A DNA stretch of 64,000 nucleotides. Origin: Octopus bimaculoides. Lineage: Eukaryota. Below are positions 24,217 through 36,017 of this stretch, one piece after another. The notes under the pieces were generated by a model that saw nothing but the letters and a program-made list of their open reading frames with translations, was not told the origin of the DNA and did no database searches. The DNA lies in assembly GCF_001194135.2 (NCBI RefSeq), contig NC_069003.1:20121313-20185312 (forward strand), read 5' to 3'. Each line of letters opens with the position of its first letter. The first letter of the stretch is position 1. Made by a program: the position numbers and the translations under genes.

Positions 24217-25473
24217 TAAGGATGGGCTGAAAAGTTCATAGGCTGACTATGAAGGAGTGATACTAGAACTGTGAAATTTTGCATGCTCTAATTTCAACTC
24301 TTCTTATTAATGACTGCATTGTTTCTCTCCAGGTAAACTGACATCTCACTGTTCAAAGAAGGCTTCAAAAGTAACTAGTTGTGATTTCTCTTGAAAATGG
24401 GGGAGGTTTGGCACTATGATGTTATCAAGTATCTGCAGAAAATGGGTTTAGTCCCCAAGGACATTAATGCTGACATGATTGCTACATTAGGGGATGACAC
24501 CCCAGCATTATCAACAGTGCAAAAGTGAGCAGCTGCATTTAGGAGAGGAAAAGAGGGTCATTAAGATGACCCAAGGTCTGGATGTCCTGCAACTGCTACA
24601 ACCAAGGAAAATATTGATCATGTTCACCACTGATGAATGACAGGCAATTGAGTATAAATCGAATAGCCAATGTTAATATATCTTGTGCGAGAGTTGAGAA
24701 TATTCTGCACAATTAACTTGGCATGGCAAAGGTTTCTGTTTGGTGGGTGCCATGTCTTCTGACAGCTGATGAAAAGTGCACCAGGCTGATCACATCAGGG
24801 GAAAATCTGACATTGTTTGAGGTAGATCCAGCTGGTTTCTTTGAATGTTTCCTCTGCCAATGGCTTCATCACTTTGAGTCAGACACAAAGACAATCCCTC
24901 TTCACCTGCTCCAATGAAGGCCAAGACCATTTTATCTGCAGGCAAGGTGATGGCCTCAGTTTTTGGGATGCAAAATGCATTGTATTTATTGAATTATTTC
25001 TAAAGGGCCACACTATCAATGAAAAGTACTATGCCAACTTTCTGAGGCAGTTATGAAAGGCTATCAAGACTAAATGCCCAGGAAAACTGACAAAAGGGGT
25101 TTTGTTTCATCAGGACAATTCTTCAGCACATAAGTCCTTGGTTTCAATGGCTGCTGCGCATGTCTGTGGCTTTGAACTAGTTGATCATCATCCCTATTCT
25201 GATTTGGTCCCATCTGACTTATCATCTGTTCCCCAATATAAAAAAAATGCTTGGCTGGGAACCATTGTTGCAGTGATGATGATGTCATATCTGCAGTTAA
25301 TGACTTTTCTGACTAACAGGATGAAAGCTTCTTCACCAATGGGATCGAAGCCTTGCAACACCGATGAAAGAAGTGTATGGACTGCAAGGAAGACTATGTT
25401 GAAAATAGACCTAATTTGGTCATGTTCCCTGAGAGTATCTTTGTCAGCCTATGAACTTTTTAGTTGACCCTTG
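24217..25473 (+). mobile_element. Near full-length mariner (irritans-like) pseudogene, copy 2
   Basis: Same TIRs as copy 1; WVPCLL, FHQDNSSAHKS and HPYSDLVPSD motifs; frameshifted. Confidence 0.88.
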
Positions 25474-25782
25474 CAGAGATGAAGAAAGATTTAAAAAATA
25501 CATGATGATTGATAGAAAATGAGAAATTGTATACAATGATTATTCTTTGGCTTTGGAAAGTTACATTGAGGCAAGCATCTTTTTTACTAGTTTCAGTCAT
25601 AAGACTGTGGCAATGGTAGGGCATTGCCCTGAAGGATTTTAGTCATATAAATCAACCCCAATGTTTTTTAAGCCTAGAATTTATTCTATTGGTCTCCTTT
25701 GCCAAACCATTAAGTTACAGGAGCTTAAGCACTCCAATACTACTTGTCAAGCAGTGGTGGGGAACAAACAGACACAGACACA

Positions 25783-25865
<83 letters not shown>

Positions 25866-26333
25866 TTCCATCTGCCAAATTCACTCACAAGGCTTTGGTT
25901 GGTCTGAGGTTATAGTAGAAGAGATTTGTCCAAGATTCCATGCAGTACGACTGAATCTGGAACCACACAGCCAAACCTACCTTGCATGGCTGTACTGTTA
26001 ACAATTTCACATCTGATCCATGCGGTTAGGGATTTGGTCCTACTGTCTGAATGTTGCCAGCTAGTGATTTATACCAGTAACTCCTAACCTTCTTTTAGCT
26101 CATGCCCTTCCCTGCATTGAATCTTGAATATTTCTGTGCTCCCCACTCTCCATGGCACTGTTAATGTAAATAGTACTTCAATTTTGTGTCATATGGTTAA
26201 TAGTAGAAACTGGTCTCTTTTAAAAAGAATTTTAAATCTTTAACAAAATTTGTAAAATTTATTAAATAATAACAAAATTTTAGACAGCTGAGTGGTTGAG
26301 AAACATTGCATTGTTTCTTGTAACCCCATTTTT

Positions 26334-26599
26334 TCACCACCCCCATCCATTACCCTGGATACGCATGTCATTGGCTAGATTCAAATATTCATCACGTGTT
26401 TTATTAAAATACCATTCTTCCATGCAAGCATATGCTAAGTTTTCCTCAAATTTATTTGCGAAAATATGCTCTTTTAATATAACATATTTAAGATCTTGAA
26501 GCCCCAAAATGCATACACTGTGTTTATAAGATCCAGAACATAGATTTTCTCCCTTCCAGGCAACAAATTTTGCTAATTTGTAAAGGTGAGAATGTGTAC
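26334..26599 (-). CDS. GCNT-family glycosyltransferase, terminal exon copy 1 (proximal)
   Basis: Acceptor tctttaatttcttccag, phase 1. (S)THSHLYKLAKFVAWKGENLCSGSYKHSVCILGLQDLKYVILKEHIFANKFEENLAYACMEEWYFNKTRDEYLNLANDMRIQGNGWGW*. GT14 C-terminal motifs CxG..VC..G..DL, FANKF and ACxEE are present. Confidence 0.88.
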
Positions 26600-26986
26600 C
26601 TGGAAGAAATTAAAGAGATACACAAATCAGGAGAAATAAGATAAATCAATACATGAAATAAATCAATAGATAAATAAGAAATTGTTTAATTACTCTAATT
26701 ATTCTTTGATTTCATATAGTCATATTAGTGCAGGCATGGGTGTATCATTATGAAATTCAACTTCTGATCTATGTGGTTTGGTCCTGCTGTGTGAAAGTTG
26801 TTGGGCAATAATCCAAACTATAGCTATGGGGATCAACCACTAATATCTTGTGGGTGTAATTGATAAACAGAATCTGAAGCCTTTCTGTGTGTGTGTGTAT
26901 GTGTGTGTGCATGCGCGAATGTATGTGTGTGTGTGTGTATGTATGTGTGAATCTGCATGTCTGTGTGCGTGAATGTATGTGTGAAT

Positions 26987-27029
<43 letters not shown>

Positions 27030-27382
27030 TGTGTATCTTCTCTATCTTATTATTTACTTGTTTCAGTCATTAGACTATGGCCACATTGGGTCACCTCATT
27101 GAAGAATTTTAGTCACACAGCTCAGCCCCAGTACTTATTTTTTTAAACCTTGTACTTATTATTCTATCATTCTCTTTTGATGAACAGCGAAGCTATAGCG
27201 ACATAAACACACCAGCTGTCAAGCAATGGTGGAGAACACACATACACACACAAAGTGGGTCAGAACCTGGGTTTCTGTGGTTGGGAAGCAAACTTCTTGT
27301 AACATAGCCACACTTACAAGTGGCTCGTTTGCAATTTACAACCGAAAGGCAGACTATATATACATACATACACACATAGATA

Positions 27383-27415
<33 letters not shown>

Positions 27416-27759
27416 ACACACACACACACATACATGCACACATTCACATCATCATCATTTAATGTCTTCCATGCTGACATGGGTTTGACAGGTTCTAATG
27501 CGCCAGAGGACTTCATCGGCCTCCAGTGTCTGCTTTGGCATAAGTTCTATGGTTGGATGCCATCCTCTCTACAGACCGTACTGGATGCTTTTTCATGGCA
27601 TTTACACTGGTAAAGTCATCATGCATACACACACACACACACACACATCAGACTTATGACAGTCAGGATTCTTCTTACAACAGGACAGTATCCTATAATA
27701 CATTTTCACAACCAGTGATGATTCCAACATTTCAGATACTTGACTGGTCAGTAGTGGAA

Positions 27760-28260
27760 ATCCACTCTGTAGACATTAAAACCCACAAGTTCCTGACACC
27801 AACTGGAAACTTCCATACAAACAGTGACATCAATAGGCTCTACCTAAGAAGAGATGAAGGAAGTAGGGGCCTGGGATCAGTGCAAACAGCCTTTGAATGT
27901 CATATTGTCTCTCTCGGACAACACCCTCTAAGCAACAGCAGTAAAAGTAAATATGTTAACTTAATGCTGAAAGGCGGAGAGAACAACATTCTAGGTATTG
28001 ACAGTGAGGTCAATAGAAAGTACTATCTTCCTAATTGACCTCACATACAACCCCAAAATAGCTGGACTAACATACTGCAAAGATGAACTGGAATACTGAT
28101 GGAATACATCCATCGAAATTTCTATAGAAACAAACACTATGCATGGGTATGTTTCCTGAAGAATATCAACATGAAATGCAGCCTCTCTAGGACTCATGAC
28201 TGCTACATCACATTACATTTTGAAGGCTAATCCAAGAACAGGAGATTTCTATAAAATACC
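27760..28260 (+). mobile_element. R4/Dong-type non-LTR retrotransposon fragment (RT thumb region)
   Basis: FHTNSDINRLYLRRDEGSRGL and a downstream TMHGY...TSHFEG..IQEQEI. Confidence 0.7.
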
Positions 28261-28699
28261 CAGTAAACAGAACTTGGAGCTCCATGATGCAACTGAAAAT
28301 GTAGATTATGTCATTTCTTTGGAAGACATCACACATGTGAAAAACTTCCTCAAATATGTCATCAAGGTACAAAATGCCTGTGTGACACAATGTTGTTACC
28401 AAAACAATATACAATGCCATCCAAAAATAGACTGTCCTGGAATAGATATAGAGACCCACACACACACACACACACACATATACACATACACTGTTAATGA
28501 AAACATGCAAAAAGCCTCAACACAAAGAATACTGGTGGTACATTCCTCTCAAAACTTTTATCAAGTGTAAACATGGCAAGCCAGCTATTGTTGTTTGGGA
28601 CAGACAATAAAAAATATGTACCACCAGAAAGGTCAAATGCCCTGCTGATGTGAATATCTCATCAAAAATTAAAGCCTGCTTCAAAGCCTCCAGGTTATA

Positions 28700-30340
28700 A
28701 ATTTACATTGGTGCACTTGATTTTGTGAGTTAATGCCTAAGGCCATATGCCTCCCGCAGGCAATCCTGCAATTCCAAGTCGGGGCTCCAAAAGGCAAACC
28801 TATATTGGTCCTTGGGAAAGGAGTCCATCACCCTGAATATATCATCCTCCATTATGATCTCCGCAGTTACCTGCAGAGGCCAATCCAGGTCTTCAGTCCA
28901 GGACAGGACCCCCTCCTTCCGGCCCTCTAGCTTCTTCACAAAGCTCTGTACAGCCCCTCCCTTATGAAAGAAGATCACAAAATCATACTTCATTATAATG
29001 GGAAAGGCCACAGTTTCCTCCATCGGTGGCACAATTCCCACCAATGAGGTTTCAGGACATGCCAGCAGTGTACTACTAACTGCCAGCAATGTCCCATTCT
29101 TCATCTTCTTTATTTTCTCCCTTGTGCTATGGGAGGGTGTAGTTCCTCTGCTTTATCCAGAGGATCTTCCCTCTCTCCTGCAGCCTTGGGGTCCTTCGGT
29201 GGGCAACCGTTGTTGCCCACCTTCCTTTTTTTCCCTTTTTCAAGGAGGTCTCCACCTCCTCGACTGCCTCCATCTCTCCCTCCAAAGGAGGAGGGGGCGC
29301 TACTTTTATTAACTGCTCCAGGACCCTACTTTGGTCCTGGGGACAGTTCTTCTTAATATGGCTCAGTTCCAGGCATAAATGACACTTGGTGGAGGTGTTC
29401 CTCAAGTATCACTGGGTACCTGCAGCCAGCCATTTTCAAAAAATCTGGGAATACCAGATCTTTAGTGGCTGATTGGGTCCATAGGGTCAAAACTGCTTTT
29501 GACCCCAACCAGTCAGCCGCTGGCAACAATTTCACATTTAAAAGCTTGGGCCCGCTGCCACCCAGATCCTGGCAGATAGTGTCCTCTATCCATTCCAGTT
29601 CAATGCCCACAGACCCAAGCTCTTGCTAATTTCTTCTCATAATATGTGAGAAGAAACAGAATCTTTTGCCCTTCTAAGAGCTGGCTCGCAAATTTGCAAG
29701 CCACCTCAGGGGTGTCAAATAGCAACCACACTGTTGCATATCTAACACCCCTGGAAATAAACTTAATAGTTGGCAGATATTCTGCCAACTCTTTTTCGAT
29801 TTCTGCCTTAGGAAAGACCATGATGGTGTCGAGTGACTTAGAATAAGTCCACAACACCACTGTTCTTTCCTCTAAGTTTTTCAACCATTGCTTGGGTGGG
29901 ATGATTTCCTACTCCAACGCAGTGTTCATTTTCTTTGCCATGCTTTGAATAAGTTCAGTAAAAGTTCAGAAAAAACAACAAAAGTCCAAACAAAGTCGAA
30001 AAACAGTTTGAAGAAAGACAAAGAAGAGCAGAAAGATAAAGAAGAGAAAAAGAAAGAAGGAAGACAGTTCAAAACATGGCAACACACAATTCTGGCCACC
30101 CAGTAATCCTGGTCAAAAGTATTCCAAAAAGGTATCTAAAAGTGAACAGGGATACAGCAGCAGGAACACAACTTCAAAAAATCTGCTACAAATTGGTAGA
30201 AATTCAGAAATTTTTCAAAAAAGATTTCACAATTTTTGGAGGCAGGATACGCCCCCAAAACAACACAATTCTCACAATTAAGTGAGACAAACTACTTACC
30301 ACACTTACCAAACTACTTACCACACTGCCACACCTGCACC
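28700..30340 (-). mobile_element. Degenerate L1/Tx1-like LINE 5' region with ORF1
   Basis: ISRGVRYATVWLLFDTPEVA (RRM-like; parallels WGRKFATVQVRF at 50690) and zinc knuckle CHLCLELSHIKKNC; frameshifted. Confidence 0.6.
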
Positions 30341-30412
30341 TACGTGTGTGTGTGTGTGTGATTATATATATATATANNNNNNNNNNNNNNNNNNNNNNNN
30401 NNNNNNNNNNNN

Positions 30413-31608
30413 TAGGTTGGCAACTAAGTTCCTGCTATTTTTTTAAATTAAAATTTTTTAAAAGGTTTAATAAAAAAAATTACAACTAATTAATCAATAA
30501 TGTATTCATCCTTGTTGTTTACAACTTCTTCCCAAAGTTCAACAAGATTTTCAATACCTCGTTGGTAGAAATCACCCAATTTCGACTCGAAAAATTGATC
30601 CAACCAAGCTCTCAATTCTGCATCAGTATTGAACGACACTCTACGCATAACATTTGAAAAAGATCGAAACAGGTGTAAATCCATTGGTGCCAAATCAGGA
30701 GAGTATGGCGGGCATGGTGCCACTTCCCAGCCATGGCTTCCTTGGTCATATTGGTGATATGAGGGCAGGTGTTGTCGTGCAGCAGAACTCCATGCTGATG
30801 ATTAGGTCTTTTCCCTTGAATAGCTGTATTGAGTCGTTCCATCTGTTGAACATAGAGTTCCGCATTGACCGTTTGGTTCCATTCAAGCAATTTGTAATGG
30901 ATAATCCCTTTCCAGCCCCACCATATGCACAACATCGTGTTACGTGGATGAAGATCTTGTTTCATGTGTGGTGTCGTTTGTTTACTGGGGCTAAGCCATT
31001 CCTTATGCTGCTTCATATTAATGTACAGGAACCATTTTTTGTTGCCAGTTACAATTCAGTAAAGAAATCGTTGCTTGTGTACATGAGTTGAGTGGTGACA
31101 AGCAAGCAAACCAGCGAAGATTGTGGCTCGTTAATTTTTGTTGTTGTCACTTAAAGCATGCTCCATACTTCTGAACCTTTCCCAACGAGTAAAGATGCTT
31201 CTCTATAGCAGTGTGGGAGCATTCCATTTTCTTTACCAGTTCCCTTGTTGTTTGATGAGAATTTTCGTGCAAAAGTTGGTTTAATCACTCTTCATTGAAC
31301 TCAACTGGACAGCCAGAATGAGGTGCATCTTTGAGGCCAAAATTTCCATCTTTGAACTTGGCATACCAATCATGAGCGGTTCTTTCAGCTATGGCACCCT
31401 CTTCATACACAGCACAAATGTCGTGGGCAGCTTTTGCGGTCTTAGAACCGTGATTAAAAGCAAAAAGAAGAAGGTGTCGAAAATGCTCGTTTTTCTTAAC
31501 TTGGTATTCCATTTTAATGATCTGAAAATAAACAAAAATTAACTAAAAATAACTAGAAAAAAAAGCAAAATAGATTCCAAAATGATTCAAAAATAGAATT
31601 CTCAGAAA
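30413..31608 (-). mobile_element. Mariner (mellifera/capitata-like) pseudogene
   Basis: TIR taggttggcaactaagtt at 30413; MEYQVKKNEHFRHLLLFAF HTH, LLHDNTCPH and PYSPDLAPMD motifs. Both ends abut N-gaps. Confidence 0.88.
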
Positions 31609-31644
31609 NNNNNNNNNNTATATATATATATATATATATATATA

Positions 31645-32380
31645 TTAGGGTGTCCAAAAAGTAATTGCATTTTTTCACTACTATGAAATAAGAATCAACC
31701 AATCATGTCAAAGCCAAGGTTGAATGGGTGGAAACTGTCTAGGAATAGTATATCAGCTTTCCTATGCAGAAGAGTGTCATTGATAGTTATTTCAGTAATT
31801 AATCCCTTGGAGGATAAGAACTTTAGGAAACAACATATTCCACAATGCTTACTGTATGAGTTTTGAGAGAAAAATACTGCTACAGAAGCAATAGAAAACA
31901 TCTGGATGCAGTAAAAGCTCATAGATCTCAGCTGTGTTTTAAAAGGTTTAAAGATGGTGGTTGTGACATATCCGATAAGCCTTGTTCTGGAAGATGACCC
32001 ACTCTGAATGATGAGCTTTTGAATGAGACTACTGTATTGGATCCATGTCAAAGCACCAGAGATTTAGTGGGAAAATTTTAATGTGTCCATGTTTAAATAT
32101 CCAAGAATATTTCAAGTAAATTGTGAAAACATGCAAAGAGGGAATTTGTGTTCCCCATGGGCTTATGCTTAAGAACCAAACACATTGTTCCACCATCTGC
32201 AGCAGTCTTCTAACCAAGATTAACAACCTGTCATTTCTGCAGCGGATTGTTACAGATGACGAAAAGTGGCTTTTGCATCACAACAGAAAAGGAAAAAGAC
32301 AATGGTTATCATGTAATGAGAAGCCAATGCCAATTCCAAAACCAGAACTCCATTCACATAAATCCTTGCACTGTGTCCCA
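31645..32380 (+). mobile_element. Mariner 5' fragment
   Basis: ttagggtgtccaaaaagtaattgc terminus; CVPHGL and FLQRIVTDDEKW motifs. Confidence 0.75.
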
Positions 32381-32553
32381 TCAAGTCAAGTGAAATCGTA
32401 GTTATGGTCAATGCCAGTGTCATGTAAAAAACATCTTTCAAGCATTGGGCCACATGGAGCCAATGTGGTCGATGCCTGTGTCATGTAACTAAACACCCAT
32501 GCCAGTGTTGCATGACTAGCATCTGTGCCGGTGGCATGTAAGAAGCACCTTTT

Positions 32554-32789
32554 GAGATATACTATTGACAATCCAATAATTTATTTATATTACAATATTA
32601 CATTGAATACTATGAATATAATTTAACATAACATAATATTATATAACATAAATAATTATAAAAACCAAGTTGGCCTTTTATGGTTTTTATAATTATTAAT
32701 GTTTTATAATATTATGTTATGTTATATTAATAGTATTTAAAGTAATATTGTAATATAAATAAATTATTTGATTGTCAATAGAATATCTC
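32554..32789. repeat. AT-rich foldback palindrome (putative MITE)
   Basis: Arms 32554-32667 and 32681-32789 are reverse complements with scattered mismatches and a 13-nt loop. Confidence 0.85.
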
Positions 32790-33164
32790 TATATTCAATT
32801 TATCTTTATTATTGAATTATACCAATATTTATATGGTTTCCAACTGAAGTACCAGTGAATTGGATGTTTAACACACCCCTTTGAAGGATTGCTTTTTCTC
32901 AGTTTGTTACTCTCTCTCTCTCTCTCTCTCTAAGGTTTGGTCTGCCTGAGGCTATAGTAGAAGACACTTGCCTATATATATATATATATATATATGAGTG
33001 GATTTGGTAGACGAAAAGCAGCAAAAATATCAGAATGTTTGGTTCTTAAGCATAAGCTAATGGGAAACAAATTCCCTCTTTGCATGTTTTCTTGATTTAC
33101 TTGAGATGTATGTATGTATGTATGTATGTATGTATGCATGTACGTATGTGTGTATGTAATACAT

Positions 33165-34435
33165 CAACAACAGTGCGTTTGACCACCACCTTTCTGAATT
33201 ACTTCAAAGACATGATTTCATGCTCTCAATCAACTTCTGCTGCAGATCAAGTGGAAGCTCTTCCCAGGCCTTCTTTATTGCTGTTTTAAGTTCATCAACA
33301 GATGAATATTGCATACCTTCACTGTACCCAACATTTGTGAGATATCCCCAGGCATTCTCTATAGGATTAAGGTTGGAACTTCTTGTTGAGTTCAAACCCA
33401 ATTGCATGGAGGAAATCCAAAGTTGCCTTTGCTTTATGAATAGGGACACTGTCCTGTTGAAATATAAAGTTCTGGCCATGGAATTTCTTCCTTCTTCATC
33501 AATGTGAGCCCTGTCCAACATACCGATGTATCATGCAGCATTGAAACGGCCATCCATGATGACAAGTGGCAGCTTCCCATTGGTAGATATTGCTCCCCAC
33601 ACCATAAGACCTCTTTTGCTATTCAGTCACTTGGAATAAATAGAAATTTGTATACATTTATCTGCCCAGTAATACTTATAACCATTGGGGTCATCCAACT
33701 TCCATTTCTTCTCATCAGAGAACACAACTCTGGTCTATTCACTATCCCATGTCTGATGCTACCAAGCAAATACCAATCTAGCAGTTTTGTGGGAAGGGGA
33801 CAATAGCGGATGTCCTAGCTGCTTCTTCAGGTAGAAACCATTGTTCAGAATCACTCTTCTTATGGTGGATGTCAAGGCTCCTACTTCTGCTGATGCCTTC
33901 ATTCTGGAAACAGAAGAGCAGCATGACTTCTTCACAGCTCTGACAATGGCCCTTTCATCCCTTTCTGATGTGGTCTTAGGACGTCCATCAACATGAACCC
34001 TGTTGTAGCTGTCAGGATCTTTCAGAAAATTGTCTACTGGTATACTACTTCACTGAATCTTCTTGGCAATCTTCCAGTTACTCATTCCTTCCACTTTCAG
34101 TGAAAGAATCTTCCCTTGCTCAATTTCGGAAAGCTTCGTAGCTTTAGACATACTGGAAATATAACCTGAACCATGGAGATTACTGAATATTTTCTGAAAC
34201 AATTTGGAAAGAAATGAAAATATATTAGTGGCTTTATAGTTTTGAAGTGTTGATATGCTCGAGAAAATTAGAAAATCAGATGTTGTATTATGATAATAAA
34301 GATACAAGGTTTTCATTTCAATGTATTTATGAAATACTCATTTACAATATATTATGCCCCTTAGTCCACTTAAATACAGAGCTAAATTTCTAAATAACTT
34401 TAAAAAACATATGGCTTTATAGTTTTGTTGCCATC
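33165..34435 (-). mobile_element. Tc1/Tc3-like (DD34E) transposon pseudogene
   Basis: MSKATKLSEIEQGKILSL HTH, VVFSDEKKW, LMVWGAIS and SSNLNPIENAWG motifs; stops and frameshifts. Confidence 0.85.
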
Positions 34436-34515
34436 CGGTTTCACTAGTCCTCAGTCAAATCGTCCAACCCATGCTAGCATGGAAAGCGGATGTTAAACGA
34501 TGATGATGATGATGA

Positions 34516-34556
<41 letters not shown>

Positions 34557-35781
34557 CCATAATCATTGAGTCTGACAAATTATACACACTACTTTGCCAA
34601 CTAATAATTATAGATTAAATATTTTTCTACTCTGAGACTCATCAGACATAGCTTCTTCTTGAACTTGTCTAACCCTGGGATAATAAACACATACACACAC
34701 TCATATATGATGGGATCCCACACAGTTTCTGTTTACTAAATTTTGTCATAAGACATTGATTGGTCTGGAACTATAGTAGAAGACACTTGCTCAAGGTGTT
34801 GCACCGTGTGGCTGAACCTGAAACCATGCAAGCTTTTTAACCATACATGTGCCTAGCTATAAAGGAATAGATTGGCCATTTATTGCAGCAGCTATCCACT
34901 AAATATATTTATGCTAAAATATGAATAAAATCATTCTTTGGAGTATTTAGAGAAAATTTGGCCAAAGAATTGAAGAACAAAGTTTTCATTTAAAATTCCT
35001 AATTCAGACACCTTTTACCTTTCACTTATTTCAGTAATTAGACCCTTGCCATACCTTGAAGAATGTTTAGTCAAATGAATGGATCCCAGTGGTTTTTTTT
35101 TTTTTTTTTTTTCAAACCTGGTTCTTATTCTATTGGTCTCTTTTGCTGAACCACTAAATAGATAAACTTACCTGCATTTCAACAAGTTATCTGTAGAAGG
35201 CCAAAAACAGAGAGTAAACACAGAAATTTAGATATCGTTTTAGGGATTTCAAAGTAAAACTAAGAGAAATCAACATTATAATCCTTAAGGATTAAGATGC
35301 ATAACCACAACCAAATTCTTCCAGAGAGAAAGAAAGAGAAAAAAATGAAAGAACCTAATACTCAACTACTACTGGATTATTTATCAATCCCTAAAGAATG
35401 AAAGGCAAAGCTGACTGCAGCAGAATTTGAATTTGTAATGCAGAGAGCTGGAACAAATGCTGCAAAGCATTCTGTCCACTACTCCAACATTTCCTCTCAC
35501 TCACTCACTTACTTTTAGTAGTTGGGTCCTAAGTTGAATTACTACTATATGTAGTTTTTATTGAAATCCTTTCATTGACATAAAGTTATGCATTTTAAAG
35601 GAAGGGTACATCGATCAAATTAAGAACACTATTTGATTGCTAGTTGATTTTATCAAACTCACAGGGATAAAAGGCAAAGTTGACTTCCGTGAGATTTGAA
35701 CTCAGAACACAGTCCATATACAGCAAACACTTAGCACTGCCCATTTCACCATAACAAATACAGTTTAAAAATTGAACTTAC

Positions 35782-36017
35782 TATTATAAGGATGTGGTGA
35801 TCCAATATGTGTATTATAAAAAATGGTGGGGTATACAGATTCATCTGGAATAGTTGTGTTTCTTAGCCAATTTATTAATTCCTGAGCAATTTGGTTATTG
35901 ACTGTATAGTTTATAAAGTCTCGAGTTACTGCAACGTAATGTGACCCTTTAGCTAAAGTGATATTGTGTGGTACCGGTTTCTGTTTTAATGCTCTCCTCC
36001 ATCTATGTATCCAACTT
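35782..36017 (-). CDS. GCNT-family glycosyltransferase, second coding exon (catalytic PDE motif)
   Basis: Not in the ORF track. Acceptor ttacttttctgcag, donor A|gtaagt, phase 2 to 1, 236 nt. (R)SWIHRWRRALKQKPVPHNITLAKGSHYVAVTRDFINYTVNNQIAQELINWLRNTTIPDESVYPTIFYNTHIGSPHPYN contains KGSxY and PDE. Confidence 0.9.
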
